DNA from: a bacterium
GTDB taxonomy: Bacteria > Zhuqueibacterota > Zhuqueibacteria > Residuimicrobiales > Krinioviventaceae
NCBI GenBank assembly: GCA_963693055.1
Contig: OY843751.1
Coordinates: 1,856,001 to 1,920,000 of the forward strand
DNA: 64,000 nt
Direction of reading: 5' to 3'
The position numbers and the translations under genes are program-made. Positions within the stretch are counted from its first letter, which is position 1. Each line of letters begins with the position of its first letter. Shown here one piece after another: positions 1 through 8,960 of the stretch. Under the pieces are notes generated by a model, which was not told the DNA's origin, did not search any database, and was given only the letters and a program-made list of their open reading frames with translations.

Positions 1-264
<264 letters not shown>

Positions 265-275
265 GGGGATCTGGC

Positions 276-1253
276 TTGGCACTGGAAATTGTTCGCTTTA
301 CACAGTCTGATAGGGAAGCATGGGAAGAATTCGCATGGTCTTCAAACAATGGTACAATTTTTCATACACGCCAGTTTTTATCTTATCATCCCAAAGACAG
401 GTTTGTTGATCATTCTTTGATTTTTTTCAAAGATGGTAAACGAATTGCTCAATTGCCTGCCGTAGATTTTAAAGAGGGTGATAAGCGCATTTTGATTTCT
501 CACCGCGGTGCATCTTATGGTGGATTTATTTGCAAAGATACCTTGTCTATTAAAGATTCTTTTACTATGGTCAAGGCACTTGTTGAATATCTAAAGTCAG
601 AAAAATTTGATGGCGTAGATATTACCCCTGTTCCCCAGGTTTATATGCGTAGACCCAGTAATTATATTGATTTTGCCATGATTCAGAATGGATTTAATTA
701 CCGTAAACGGGAGATCTCGAGCGTTATTCCCCTGGATTTTAGTAGAGAACAGATTTTAGCAACCTTTAATGAAGGTTCCAGACGTGCAGTTAGAAGGGCC
801 TGGAAGCAGGGAACTGTTGTGAGAGAATCTGATGATTATGCAGCGTTTTACAAAATTCTTGAAAAGAATTTGAGATTGCGACATGATGTTACACCTACTC
901 ACACTTTGCAGGAATTGGAATTGCTGAAATCTATGTTTCCTCAGCGTATTAAACTTTTTGCAGCCTATCATGATGATATTATGGTGGCAGGTGTTGTAAT
1001 GTTTATTTGTAACCCCCAGGTTGTACTTGCGTTTTACATAAGTCACAATGAAGATTATCAGCAATTCAGGGGTGTGAACTTGTTGTTCCATGATATTATT
1101 CAATGGGGAATTGCTGAAAAATACAACTTTTTAGATTATGGTATTTTTACCGTGAATGAAGACCCAAATTGGGGACTAGCACGTTTTAAAGAGAGTTTTG
1201 GTGCCCAGGGTGTGTTTAGAGACAGTTTACGATTGATGCTGGGTAATTCATAA
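276..1253 (+). CDS. GNAT/FemAB-like acyltransferase
   Basis: Two-lobed FemAB-like pattern (NGTIFH...SHRGASYGG; RRAVRRA; GLARFKESFGA). TTG start with AAGGGG RBS. Confidence 0.75.
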   Translation: MALEIVRFTQSDREAWEEFAWSSNNGTIFHTRQFLSYHPKDRFVDHSLIFFKDGKRIAQLPAVDFKEGDKRILISHRGASYGGFICKDTLSIKDSFTMVKALVEYLKSEKFDGVDITPVPQVYMRRPSNYIDFAMIQNGFNYRKREISSVIPLDFSREQILATFNEGSRRAVRRAWKQGTVVRESDDYAAFYKILEKNLRLRHDVTPTHTLQELELLKSMFPQRIKLFAAYHDDIMVAGVVMFICNPQVVLAFYISHNEDYQQFRGVNLLFHDIIQWGIAEKYNFLDYGIFTVNEDPNWGLARFKESFGAQGVFRDSLRLMLGNS

Positions 1254-1255
1254 TA

Positions 1256-2332
1256 ATGGCTGTTACAAAAATTTTACATATTGCTCCTTCCAATACTTCG
1301 GGTGTTCCCGGACAACTCGTACTTACAGAAAGACGCATGGGATATGACAGCAGGTTGGTGACACTTTTTCATGACAAACGCAAGTATTATGAAGATATTT
1401 GCCTACATCTTCCATTCATTGATTTTTGGGGAACAAAGCTTTTAAAGAAACTTGTATCCAATCCCGATAAAATTGTTGTTGATAATGTATTAAAGATCCC
1501 GGAGAAAATACCTGTTCAATGGAAACCCCATTCTCTTGCGGAAAAAGCATTGACAAGTATTCGTGATATGCTTTGGAAGACCAAAGTTGAAGCTACTATA
1601 ACAAAGTATAATCTTTTAGATTTTGATGTTGTTCAACTGGATGGTGGATTAGATTTTTATCGGCATTCCGGATTTGTTAAAAAAATGAAGTCTAATGGTA
1701 AAAAAATTATATGCTTATATACAGGCAGCGATTTGCGTACACGTGGCGTGATCCCTGCTGTAGAGCGAATATCTGATTATAATTTTACAGTAGAGTATGA
1801 TCATATGCAGCTGCATCCAAATATAAAACATGTTTTTTTTCCGTTCGATGCAGGGCAGTTTAAAACCAACAGACCGAAAAATGCCAAGATCCGGATTGGC
1901 CACGCTCCTACCAATCGACGCGCAAAAGGCAGCGATATCATTGTACCCATTCTTCGCAAGTTGGCCTATTCTCATAATATAGAACCGGTTATTATTCAAA
2001 ACTTGCCTTATACCTTTGCTATGGAAACCAAGCAGACTTGTGATATTTTTATTGATCAAATTGGTGATCTGGGCTATGGTATTAATTCTTTGGAAGCATT
2101 AGCAATGGGAATTCCCTGTTGTTCTTGTCTTGCAAAAGGATTTGCGGAAGCGTATCCGGATCATCCGTTTGTAGAAATAGATGCTAATAATCTTGAAGAA
2201 AAGCTGATTGATTTGATAAATGATACGGAAAAGCGTACAGAGTTTGGTATTAAAGGGCGTGAATGGGTTGAAAAATACCATGATGCAAAAAATATTGTAA
2301 AGCAGATCCATGACCTTGCCGGAATTGAGTGA
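1256..2332 (+). CDS. GT-B glycosyltransferase (family 4-like)
   Basis: C-terminal motifs HAPTNRRAKG and DQ...GYGINSLEALAMGIP. Confidence 0.8.
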   Translation: MAVTKILHIAPSNTSGVPGQLVLTERRMGYDSRLVTLFHDKRKYYEDICLHLPFIDFWGTKLLKKLVSNPDKIVVDNVLKIPEKIPVQWKPHSLAEKALTSIRDMLWKTKVEATITKYNLLDFDVVQLDGGLDFYRHSGFVKKMKSNGKKIICLYTGSDLRTRGVIPAVERISDYNFTVEYDHMQLHPNIKHVFFPFDAGQFKTNRPKNAKIRIGHAPTNRRAKGSDIIVPILRKLAYSHNIEPVIIQNLPYTFAMETKQTCDIFIDQIGDLGYGINSLEALAMGIPCCSCLAKGFAEAYPDHPFVEIDANNLEEKLIDLINDTEKRTEFGIKGREWVEKYHDAKNIVKQIHDLAGIE

Positions 2333-3429
2333 TTATGAACATTCTTTTTGTTAATAGTATACAAATGTTTGGTGGCGGGGAAATGTGGATGCTGCGGACT
2401 TTGAACGGTTTGCGCAAAAGAGGACATAACGTCCATCTAATTTGCAGGCCGGACACTGAACTAGAAAAAAGAGCCATTGAACAAGCTATACCTGTCTATA
2501 GTTTCAAGATCAGAGGAGATTTTGGCCCAATTTCTATATTCCGGACCTGGAGATATATCAAACGAAATAATATCGATGTAATGCTTGCGAATATGGATAA
2601 AGAATTGCGATTCGCGGGAACTGCTGCTAAATTAGCTGGCAATTGTGCCGTAATACCCAGACGCGGTAGTGATTATCCTTTAAAAGATAAAATACAATAC
2701 AAATTTTCATATTTAACACTTGCTGACCTGGTGATAGCCAATTCTGATGCTACCAAGCAAACACTTTTGCGCAATGCACCCTGGTTACCGGCAAAAAAGA
2801 TCAATATCCTTTATAATGGTATTGATCCACAAAATTTTATGACACCTGCTGAAACAGATCTTCGCATGGAGTGGAATATACCCCGTGATGAATTTGTCTT
2901 TGGATTTGTAGGGCAACTTGTAAAGCGTAAAGGTTTTGATACAATATTACCGGCATTTGCTGAACTTGCCCGTGATCGTCAGGTTCACCTGGTTCTGGTT
3001 GGTGAAGGAGAATTGCAGCAGGATATTGATGATTTTATAAAATTAAACGGCCTCGAAAATAAACTGCATAGGGTAGGATTTCGTAAAGATGTTGAAAATG
3101 TTATGAAAGCCATAGATTGCCTTCTTTTGCCATCAATTCTAGAAGGCTTTGGTATTGTTTTAATTGAAGCTATGGCTGCCGGCAAACCCGCTATTACTAC
3201 AAATGTAAGTTCAATGCCTGAGATTGTAGTACATAACCAAACAGGTCTTGTCTTACCGGTAAATGATAAAGATGCATTGCTCGAAGGTATGAAATATCTT
3301 TATGATAACCCGGATATTGTGAAACAATGGGGAGAAAACGGCCGTAATCATGTATTAAATAAATTTACTTTGGATTTAATGCTAGACCGGTTAGAGCACC
3401 TCATAAAGCTTGCCATGGACCCTAAATAA
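2329..3429 (+). CDS. Glycosyltransferase family 4
   Basis: GGGE N-terminal motif; VGQLVKRKG; EGFGIVLIEAMAAGKP. An alternative ATG start lies at 2335. Confidence 0.92.
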   Translation: MIMNILFVNSIQMFGGGEMWMLRTLNGLRKRGHNVHLICRPDTELEKRAIEQAIPVYSFKIRGDFGPISIFRTWRYIKRNNIDVMLANMDKELRFAGTAAKLAGNCAVIPRRGSDYPLKDKIQYKFSYLTLADLVIANSDATKQTLLRNAPWLPAKKINILYNGIDPQNFMTPAETDLRMEWNIPRDEFVFGFVGQLVKRKGFDTILPAFAELARDRQVHLVLVGEGELQQDIDDFIKLNGLENKLHRVGFRKDVENVMKAIDCLLLPSILEGFGIVLIEAMAAGKPAITTNVSSMPEIVVHNQTGLVLPVNDKDALLEGMKYLYDNPDIVKQWGENGRNHVLNKFTLDLMLDRLEHLIKLAMDPK

Positions 3430-3442
3430 TAAGGAAGTAATT

Positions 3443-4540
3443 TTGAAATTGTGGAGACAAATTGAGCGATTTTTCAAGCATAACCAGTTAAGGTTCCTTG
3501 AAAAGTGGCTTGGTGTGCCAGAACTTTTGCCTGAAAAAATTGAATTTGAAAAGATAAAAAAGATTATTGTTATACGCCAGCATGATCAGTTGGGTGATTT
3601 TTTGCTTTCTACACCTGTTTTTCATGCATTGCGTAAACAATTTCCTGATGCACATATTGCTGTTATGGCCAGAAAGTATACTGCTGCACTAATGCAACAC
3701 AATGAATATATTGATACAGTAATTACTTTTTATGAACATGGAAAAGACTGGAACTTGGGAAGAATTACCAAGTTTATTAAATTATTGAGGCATGGTTACG
3801 ATCTTGCGATTGTTTTGAACACGGTATCACACTCATTGACAAGTGATTTAGCTGCACGATTATCAGGGGCCAAATATGTTTTAGGCTCCGAACACTTGAC
3901 CTTTCAAAGAACATCCCGAAACTTTTTTTACCATTTTAATGCACCCTATATTAAAGAGGAAAGAAACCAAAGCTTAAGAAATCTTGATATCCTGAGTTAT
4001 ATTGGAATTCCGCCTGTTGATCCTTATGAGCATATTACCTTACTGGAAGAAGAAAAAGAAAAGGCGCATGATTTATTGATACAAAAGGGCTGGGACGGAG
4101 AACAAATGTTGATCAGTGTGCATCCCGGAGCCGGCAAATTGATGAATCGATGGCCTGTAGAACATTTTGCCCTGGCAGCACAAACGTTGGCGGATTATTA
4201 TAATGCGAAATTGCTCATAACATGGGGCCCCAATGAAAAAGACCTTGGAGAATCATTATGTTCGCAATTAAAAGGTGAAATTATAACAGCTGTGGATCCG
4301 GATATCAGACGTTTTGCAACAATTCTGTCTTGTTCTGATATGATATTATGTAATGATACAGGTGTACTACATGTCGCTGCTGCAATAGATTTGCCGCTTG
4401 TTGTGGTGTTTGGCCCAACAAATCCTGCTGAATGGAAGCCTTTTGGCAAAAAATTTGTAGCATTGCAAGGCGATAATGGCCGGTGCGACGAAATTGGCCC
4501 TGAAAAGGTAATTGAGGCCGCAAAAATGCTAATAAATTAA
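3443..4540 (+). CDS. Glycosyltransferase family 9 (ADP-heptose:LPS heptosyltransferase-like)
   Basis: LGDFLLSTP, HPGAG..RWP, NDTGVLHVAAA, FGPT. Start moved from 3410 to TTG 3443, behind an AAGGAAG RBS. Confidence 0.88.
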   Translation: MKLWRQIERFFKHNQLRFLEKWLGVPELLPEKIEFEKIKKIIVIRQHDQLGDFLLSTPVFHALRKQFPDAHIAVMARKYTAALMQHNEYIDTVITFYEHGKDWNLGRITKFIKLLRHGYDLAIVLNTVSHSLTSDLAARLSGAKYVLGSEHLTFQRTSRNFFYHFNAPYIKEERNQSLRNLDILSYIGIPPVDPYEHITLLEEEKEKAHDLLIQKGWDGEQMLISVHPGAGKLMNRWPVEHFALAAQTLADYYNAKLLITWGPNEKDLGESLCSQLKGEIITAVDPDIRRFATILSCSDMILCNDTGVLHVAAAIDLPLVVVFGPTNPAEWKPFGKKFVALQGDNGRCDEIGPEKVIEAAKMLIN

Positions 4541-4623
4541 AAAAGTGCTTGTTTTTTTAATTAAAAAGTTTACAATTAGAATGCGTTATTAAATAACAGT
4601 ATTATTTGTATTATAAAAAAATC

Positions 4624-4667
4624 TTGCATTATTAGTTTCCATGTTGTAATTTTCGCCGCGGCGAAAA
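4624..4667 (+). promoter_or_regulatory. Putative sigma70 promoter (TTGCAT-N17-TAATTT) overlapped by perfect 18-bp palindrome TTTTCGCCGCGGCGAAAA (4650-4667)
   Basis: Read directly from the sequence. The same TAATTT -10 hexamer occurs in the predicted trp promoter. Confidence 0.5.
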
Positions 4668-4705
4668 ACTTGGAAAGTTTTAAAATTAACAAAAAAGAGG
4701 ATACT

Positions 4706-5032
4706 ATGAGTGACAATTCAAACATTATTGATGATTATATTGATGATTCCTTTGAAAACAACGAGTCTGAAGAGGAAGAGTCGTTGAATGAAGAGGAAGT
4801 GATTGACGAAGATTGGGATGAAATTCAAGAAGATGATGATTTGGATGAGATTGAAGAAGTAAGCGATGATTCCAGTGAAGATTGGGAGGAAGAATACTGG
4901 GAGGACGAAGAAGAGGAAGAAGAAGAGGAAGAAGATGATACTGAATGGAGTGATGGTGACGAGCCTTGGGATAATACTAATGATTGGATGGACAGAACAC
5001 CTTCATGGGAAGGTGATGATGAATGGGACTGA
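4706..5032 (+). CDS. Extremely acidic, Trp-rich small protein (108 aa), function unknown
   Basis: ATG 4706 behind an AAGAGG RBS. My count: 59 of 108 residues Asp/Glu, 8 Trp, one basic residue; ends in DDEWD. Confidence 0.75.
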   Translation: MSDNSNIIDDYIDDSFENNESEEEESLNEEEVIDEDWDEIQEDDDLDEIEEVSDDSSEDWEEEYWEDEEEEEEEEEDDTEWSDGDEPWDNTNDWMDRTPSWEGDDEWD

Positions 5033-5050
5033 TAGTCCTGTTTTATAAAT

Positions 5051-5506
5051 ATGATATCCAATGAGAAGGACATTCGTATATATCCCCAACATCCACGTTT
5101 AGGTGTGGGCGTTGTCATATTTAAAAATGAACTCGTATTACTCATAAAACGGGGGAAAGAGCCCAACAAAGGAATCTGGACAGTACCTGGCGGTCTGGTC
5201 CAAATCGGAGAATCTGTTGAACAAGCTGCTCATCGTGAAGTATTGGAAGAATGTAATATCAATATAGATCTCGCCGGATTGATTGATTATTTTGAGTTTG
5301 TTGAAAAAGATATTGAGCAAAAGATTAAATATCATTATGTTGTTCTTGATTTTGCTGCTGAATATGTGTCGGGTACTCTTTTAGCGTTAACTGATGCAGA
5401 AGATGCGAAATGGGTAAATCCAAACCAGTTGGAGAACTGGGAAATTACTGAAAAAACTTTATTGTTGATTAATAAAGCATTATTATCAAAAGCCCGGATG
5501 GATTAA
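5051..5506 (+). CDS. Nudix hydrolase (ADP-ribose pyrophosphatase-like)
   Basis: Nudix box GGLVQIGESVEQAAHREVLEECNI; also YPQHPRLGVG and YHYVVLDF. Confidence 0.9.
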   Translation: MISNEKDIRIYPQHPRLGVGVVIFKNELVLLIKRGKEPNKGIWTVPGGLVQIGESVEQAAHREVLEECNINIDLAGLIDYFEFVEKDIEQKIKYHYVVLDFAAEYVSGTLLALTDAEDAKWVNPNQLENWEITEKTLLLINKALLSKARMD

Positions 5507-5523
5507 CAACACCGGGCTTTTTT
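5488..5523 (+). terminator. Rho-independent terminator overlapping the Nudix stop codon
   Basis: AAAAGCCCGG...CCGGGCTTTT inverted repeat with T-tract. Confidence 0.6.
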
Positions 5524-5532
5524 ATAGGAATT

Positions 5533-6567
5533 ATGGATAGTTATAACAAAATACTCGTAATAAAACTTCGTGCAATTGGTGATGTTTTACTGTCAACAAT
5601 TGTTATAAACAATCTGCGGTCTGCGTTTCCTGAGGCCCCAATTGATTTTTTAACTGAAAAAGCTGGTTCAAAGATTGTATTGGGAAATCCTGCTTTGAAT
5701 AAAGTCCATATTCTGACAAAAGATAAAAATAAATCTGGGTTTGGCAGATTTTTAGATGATGTTGCTTTTATCCGAAATATTCAAAAAGAAAAGTATGATC
5801 TGGTTTTTGATTTTTTCGGAAATCCACGTAGTGCTATTTTGACTTTATTGTCTCATGCAGATATACGTGTGGGTTATGATTACCGGTTTCGACAGATTGC
5901 TTATAATCGGGTAGTAAAATCACGGGCAAGTGAAATACATGAAGCGCTTTGGCATTTGGATGCATTGCAACATTTGGACATCCCAATCAGTGATAAGAAT
6001 TTAAATTTTTTTATCGATGAATCAAGCACCGGGTTTGCAAACCAATTTTGGAAACAGGAACAATTTGAAAACAAGCCTGTTGTAGGAATTAATTTTTCCG
6101 GAGGCTGGCCTGCTAAAAAATGGCCTGTTGACAGGTTCGCGCAGCTTGTAGATAGAATTAAAAAAGATTATGAGACCGAGGTGCTTGTGTTTTGGGGACC
6201 GGGTGAAAAAGGTGAGGCCCTAAAACTTGCTCAGTTGACAAATCATAAAACTATACTGATCCCTGAAACAGATTTGAAACAACTTGGTGCAATTTTGAAA
6301 AAGATTGACATGTTGGTAACTACAGATTCTGGACCCATGCATATTGCCGCTGCTGTAAATACTCCATGTGTAGCTATTTATGGACCTACCAATTTCCGAT
6401 TACAGGGGCCCTATGGCACAGGTCATGAGATTGTTTATAAAGATAAATTAGATTGTTTGGGGTGCAACCGTTTGGATTGTGAGCATACAACTTGTATGAA
6501 TGCTCTCAGTGTTGACAGAGTCTATAAAAGTGTTAAGGATTGTTTTGTGAAAAACGGAATTTTGTAA
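5533..6567 (+). CDS. Glycosyltransferase family 9 (LPS heptosyltransferase-like)
   Basis: KLRAIGDVLL, AKKWP, TTDSGPMHIAAA, YGPT, and a C-terminal CxxC...C...C cluster. Confidence 0.9.
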   Translation: MDSYNKILVIKLRAIGDVLLSTIVINNLRSAFPEAPIDFLTEKAGSKIVLGNPALNKVHILTKDKNKSGFGRFLDDVAFIRNIQKEKYDLVFDFFGNPRSAILTLLSHADIRVGYDYRFRQIAYNRVVKSRASEIHEALWHLDALQHLDIPISDKNLNFFIDESSTGFANQFWKQEQFENKPVVGINFSGGWPAKKWPVDRFAQLVDRIKKDYETEVLVFWGPGEKGEALKLAQLTNHKTILIPETDLKQLGAILKKIDMLVTTDSGPMHIAAAVNTPCVAIYGPTNFRLQGPYGTGHEIVYKDKLDCLGCNRLDCEHTTCMNALSVDRVYKSVKDCFVKNGIL

Positions 6568-6568
6568 T

Positions 6569-7348
6569 ATGAAAAAAATTTCTGTATCTATTATTACATT
6601 AAATGAAGAAAAGAATATTGGTGACTGTTTAAAAAGTGTAGACTGGGCTGATGAGATTGTTGTTGTTGATGGCGAAAGCACAGATAAAACAGTTGAGATC
6701 TGCAAACAGTACACAGATAAAATATTTTCAAAACCTTTTGTCGAGTTTTCATCGCAGAAACAATATGCACTTGATCAATGTCAATATCCCTGGGTGCTTT
6801 CATTAGATTCTGATGAGCGGGTTTTACCTGAATTAAAAGAGGAGATACTTGAACTCTTGTCAAATGATGATGTTCCTCATCAAGGGTATTATATTGCCAG
6901 ACGCTCATACTTTATGAATAAATGGATTAAATATTGTGGTTGGTACCCTGGGTATCAATTGCGTTTATTTAAAAAGGATGTGACCCATGTTAGCCCTAAC
7001 CGTGTCCATGAGGGGTTTCTTGTAGATGGCACAACTGCCAGACTTGAGCATGATATTGATCATTATTCTCACCCTACCATTGAAAGCAGTATAAAGAAAC
7101 TCAATCACTATACTACGCTTGAAGCCAGAGATCGTGTAAATAAAAAGAAAGTTGGCGTGCACAATTTTATTTTTAACCCGCTAAGTGCTTTTCTGATTAA
7201 ATATGTTCGTCAACAGGGATATCGGGATGGAATGCATGGATTTCTGCTGAGTTGGATTGCCTCTTTCCTTAAAATGGTTTTGTATATGAAGATTTGGGTT
7301 TTACAAAAATATGGTGATTCTGTTGTCAATGCTGATGGAGAATCATGA
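6569..7348 (+). CDS. Glycosyltransferase family 2 (LgtF/KdtX-like beta-1,4-glucosyltransferase)
   Basis: IITLNEE, VVDGESTD, LDSDE, GWYP, RVHE. Confidence 0.88.
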   Translation: MKKISVSIITLNEEKNIGDCLKSVDWADEIVVVDGESTDKTVEICKQYTDKIFSKPFVEFSSQKQYALDQCQYPWVLSLDSDERVLPELKEEILELLSNDDVPHQGYYIARRSYFMNKWIKYCGWYPGYQLRLFKKDVTHVSPNRVHEGFLVDGTTARLEHDIDHYSHPTIESSIKKLNHYTTLEARDRVNKKKVGVHNFIFNPLSAFLIKYVRQQGYRDGMHGFLLSWIASFLKMVLYMKIWVLQKYGDSVVNADGES

Positions 7349-8130
7349 TTATGAGTAAACTTTCTGTTATTATCATTACTTTAAATGAAGAACGACATAT
7401 TGCTAACTGTTTAAAAAGTGTAGAATGGGCAGATGAAATTATAGTAGTAGACTCGCAAAGCACGGACCGTACGGTTGACATTGCAAAAGAATATACTGAA
7501 AAGGTATTTATAAATGAATGGTTGGGGTACTCTGAAAATAAAAATATTGCTTTGGGGCACGCGAGCAATGAATGGGTACTTTGGCTTGATGCAGATGAAA
7601 GCGTAACACCGGAATTAGCCAGGGAAATTCAAGAGCTTTTAAAAACGAAACCTGAAGAAAATGGATTCGTGATGTCAAGACGAGCTTATTTCCTTGGCAA
7701 GTGGATTAAACATTGCGGTTGGTACCCTGATTATGTAATGCGACTGTTTCGCCGTGAAAAGGGAGTTTTTAATGATAATCGGGTACATGAAGGCGTGCAG
7801 CTGGAAGGAAGTATAAAGCGTTTGAATCATGATTTATTACACTTTACGGATGATTCTCTGGAACATTATCTGTGGAAGTTTAATAGATACACATCGCTTG
7901 CTGCTGAAGAACAGGTTAAACGAAAAAAACGCTCGGGATTGTTTAAAATTTTATTTAGACCATTGCATACATGGTTAAAAATGTATATATTTAAATTAGG
8001 ATTTCTTGATGGAGTCCAGGGATTTATTTTGTGTTCATTGTCTGCCGGGTATGTGGCTGTTAAATATGCAAAGACCTGGGAATTGGATCGCAAACTTGAG
8101 AAAGACAGTTCAGGAGGTAACAATAAATGA
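7345..8130 (+). CDS. Glycosyltransferase family 2 (tandem paralogue of 6569-7348)
   Basis: IITLNEE, VVDSQSTD, LDADE, GWYPD, RVHE, GFLDG. Confidence 0.88.
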   Translation: MIMSKLSVIIITLNEERHIANCLKSVEWADEIIVVDSQSTDRTVDIAKEYTEKVFINEWLGYSENKNIALGHASNEWVLWLDADESVTPELAREIQELLKTKPEENGFVMSRRAYFLGKWIKHCGWYPDYVMRLFRREKGVFNDNRVHEGVQLEGSIKRLNHDLLHFTDDSLEHYLWKFNRYTSLAAEEQVKRKKRSGLFKILFRPLHTWLKMYIFKLGFLDGVQGFILCSLSAGYVAVKYAKTWELDRKLEKDSSGGNNK

Positions 8131-8468
8131 ATTTTTTGCTCGAAGAAGTTAATGATGTTAAAATATTACGTATTAAAGAAGAACGTCTGGATACTGCTAT
8201 TGCTCCGGATTTAAAAGCACAATTGCTTGTACTGATTAAAGAACCGGACAATAAAGTTCTTGTTGATCTTTCAGATACAAAATATGCTGATAGTTCCGGT
8301 TTGGGCGCAATATTGTTAGGTCTAAGACAAGCACGTGAAATTGGCGCCAAGTTTGCGGTATTTGGAGCACAAAAACGCGTAGAGAGCCTGATAGAAATTG
8401 CTCAATTGGGTGAAATTTTAATTAATTATGATAACGAGTTCAAAGCACTTGAACAGTTTGGAGCCTAA
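8127..8468 (+). CDS. STAS-domain anti-sigma factor antagonist
   Basis: RLDTAIAP, and VDLS..KYADSSGLG with the phosphorylatable Ser motif. Confidence 0.88.
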   Translation: MNFLLEEVNDVKILRIKEERLDTAIAPDLKAQLLVLIKEPDNKVLVDLSDTKYADSSGLGAILLGLRQAREIGAKFAVFGAQKRVESLIEIAQLGEILINYDNEFKALEQFGA

Positions 8469-8475
8469 TACGTTT

Positions 8476-8703
8476 TTAAACATATTCGTATGAAAATCCG
8501 GCATGTTTAATATATTTATTAAAGAATTGATCTCTTGATGCTGATTTAACCAGTTTACTGAAAATATAATCTGGCACTCCAAAGTATTGAATTGTTTCAT
8601 TATTTGTAAATTCAACTGTAAGGGTAAATAGATCAGCATCATATTGAAATGTACTTATTTTGGGGGCGTTGTTCTTAATCTTTTCAAACAGAATCTCGAC
8701 CAT
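8476..8703 (-). CDS. KTSC domain protein
   Basis: YD...TLTVEF....IQYFGVP..IF..L..SAS...FFNKYIK matches the KTSC pattern; GGAG RBS upstream. Confidence 0.75.
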   Translation of the reverse strand: MVEILFEKIKNNAPKISTFQYDADLFTLTVEFTNNETIQYFGVPDYIFSKLVKSASRDQFFNKYIKHAGFSYEYV

Positions 8704-8926
8704 GTGATATCATCTCCATATTGATTCAATTGGAAAAACTGTGAAAATATTTCATGTTTGTGCATAATTTGCATCTCATGAAATTATTTTATTCTTGTTT
8801 TTATTGAATTTAAGTGTTGTAAGCAGCTTTTTTTACTTTCAGAACAATTTAAAAGCAAAATTTATGCCTTGTGTTGCCCCATCCCGTTGTAATAAATGTA
8901 ATGAATTAAAAATTGTAATGCAAGAC

Positions 8927-8956
8927 ATTTCGCCCTGCCAAGAAACAGGGCGAAAT
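8927..8956 (-). terminator. Hairpin terminator downstream of trpA
   Basis: ATTTCGCCCTG...CAGGGCGAAAT 11-bp inverted repeat immediately after the trpA stop. Confidence 0.65.
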
Positions 8957-8960
8957 ATTA

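Noticed and set aside
4825-5169. Ser-rich minus-strand ORF and the Lys/Arg-rich ORF at 4866-5048
   Set aside because: These are shadow frames of the GAA/GAT-rich acidic gene, which has the RBS and operon context.
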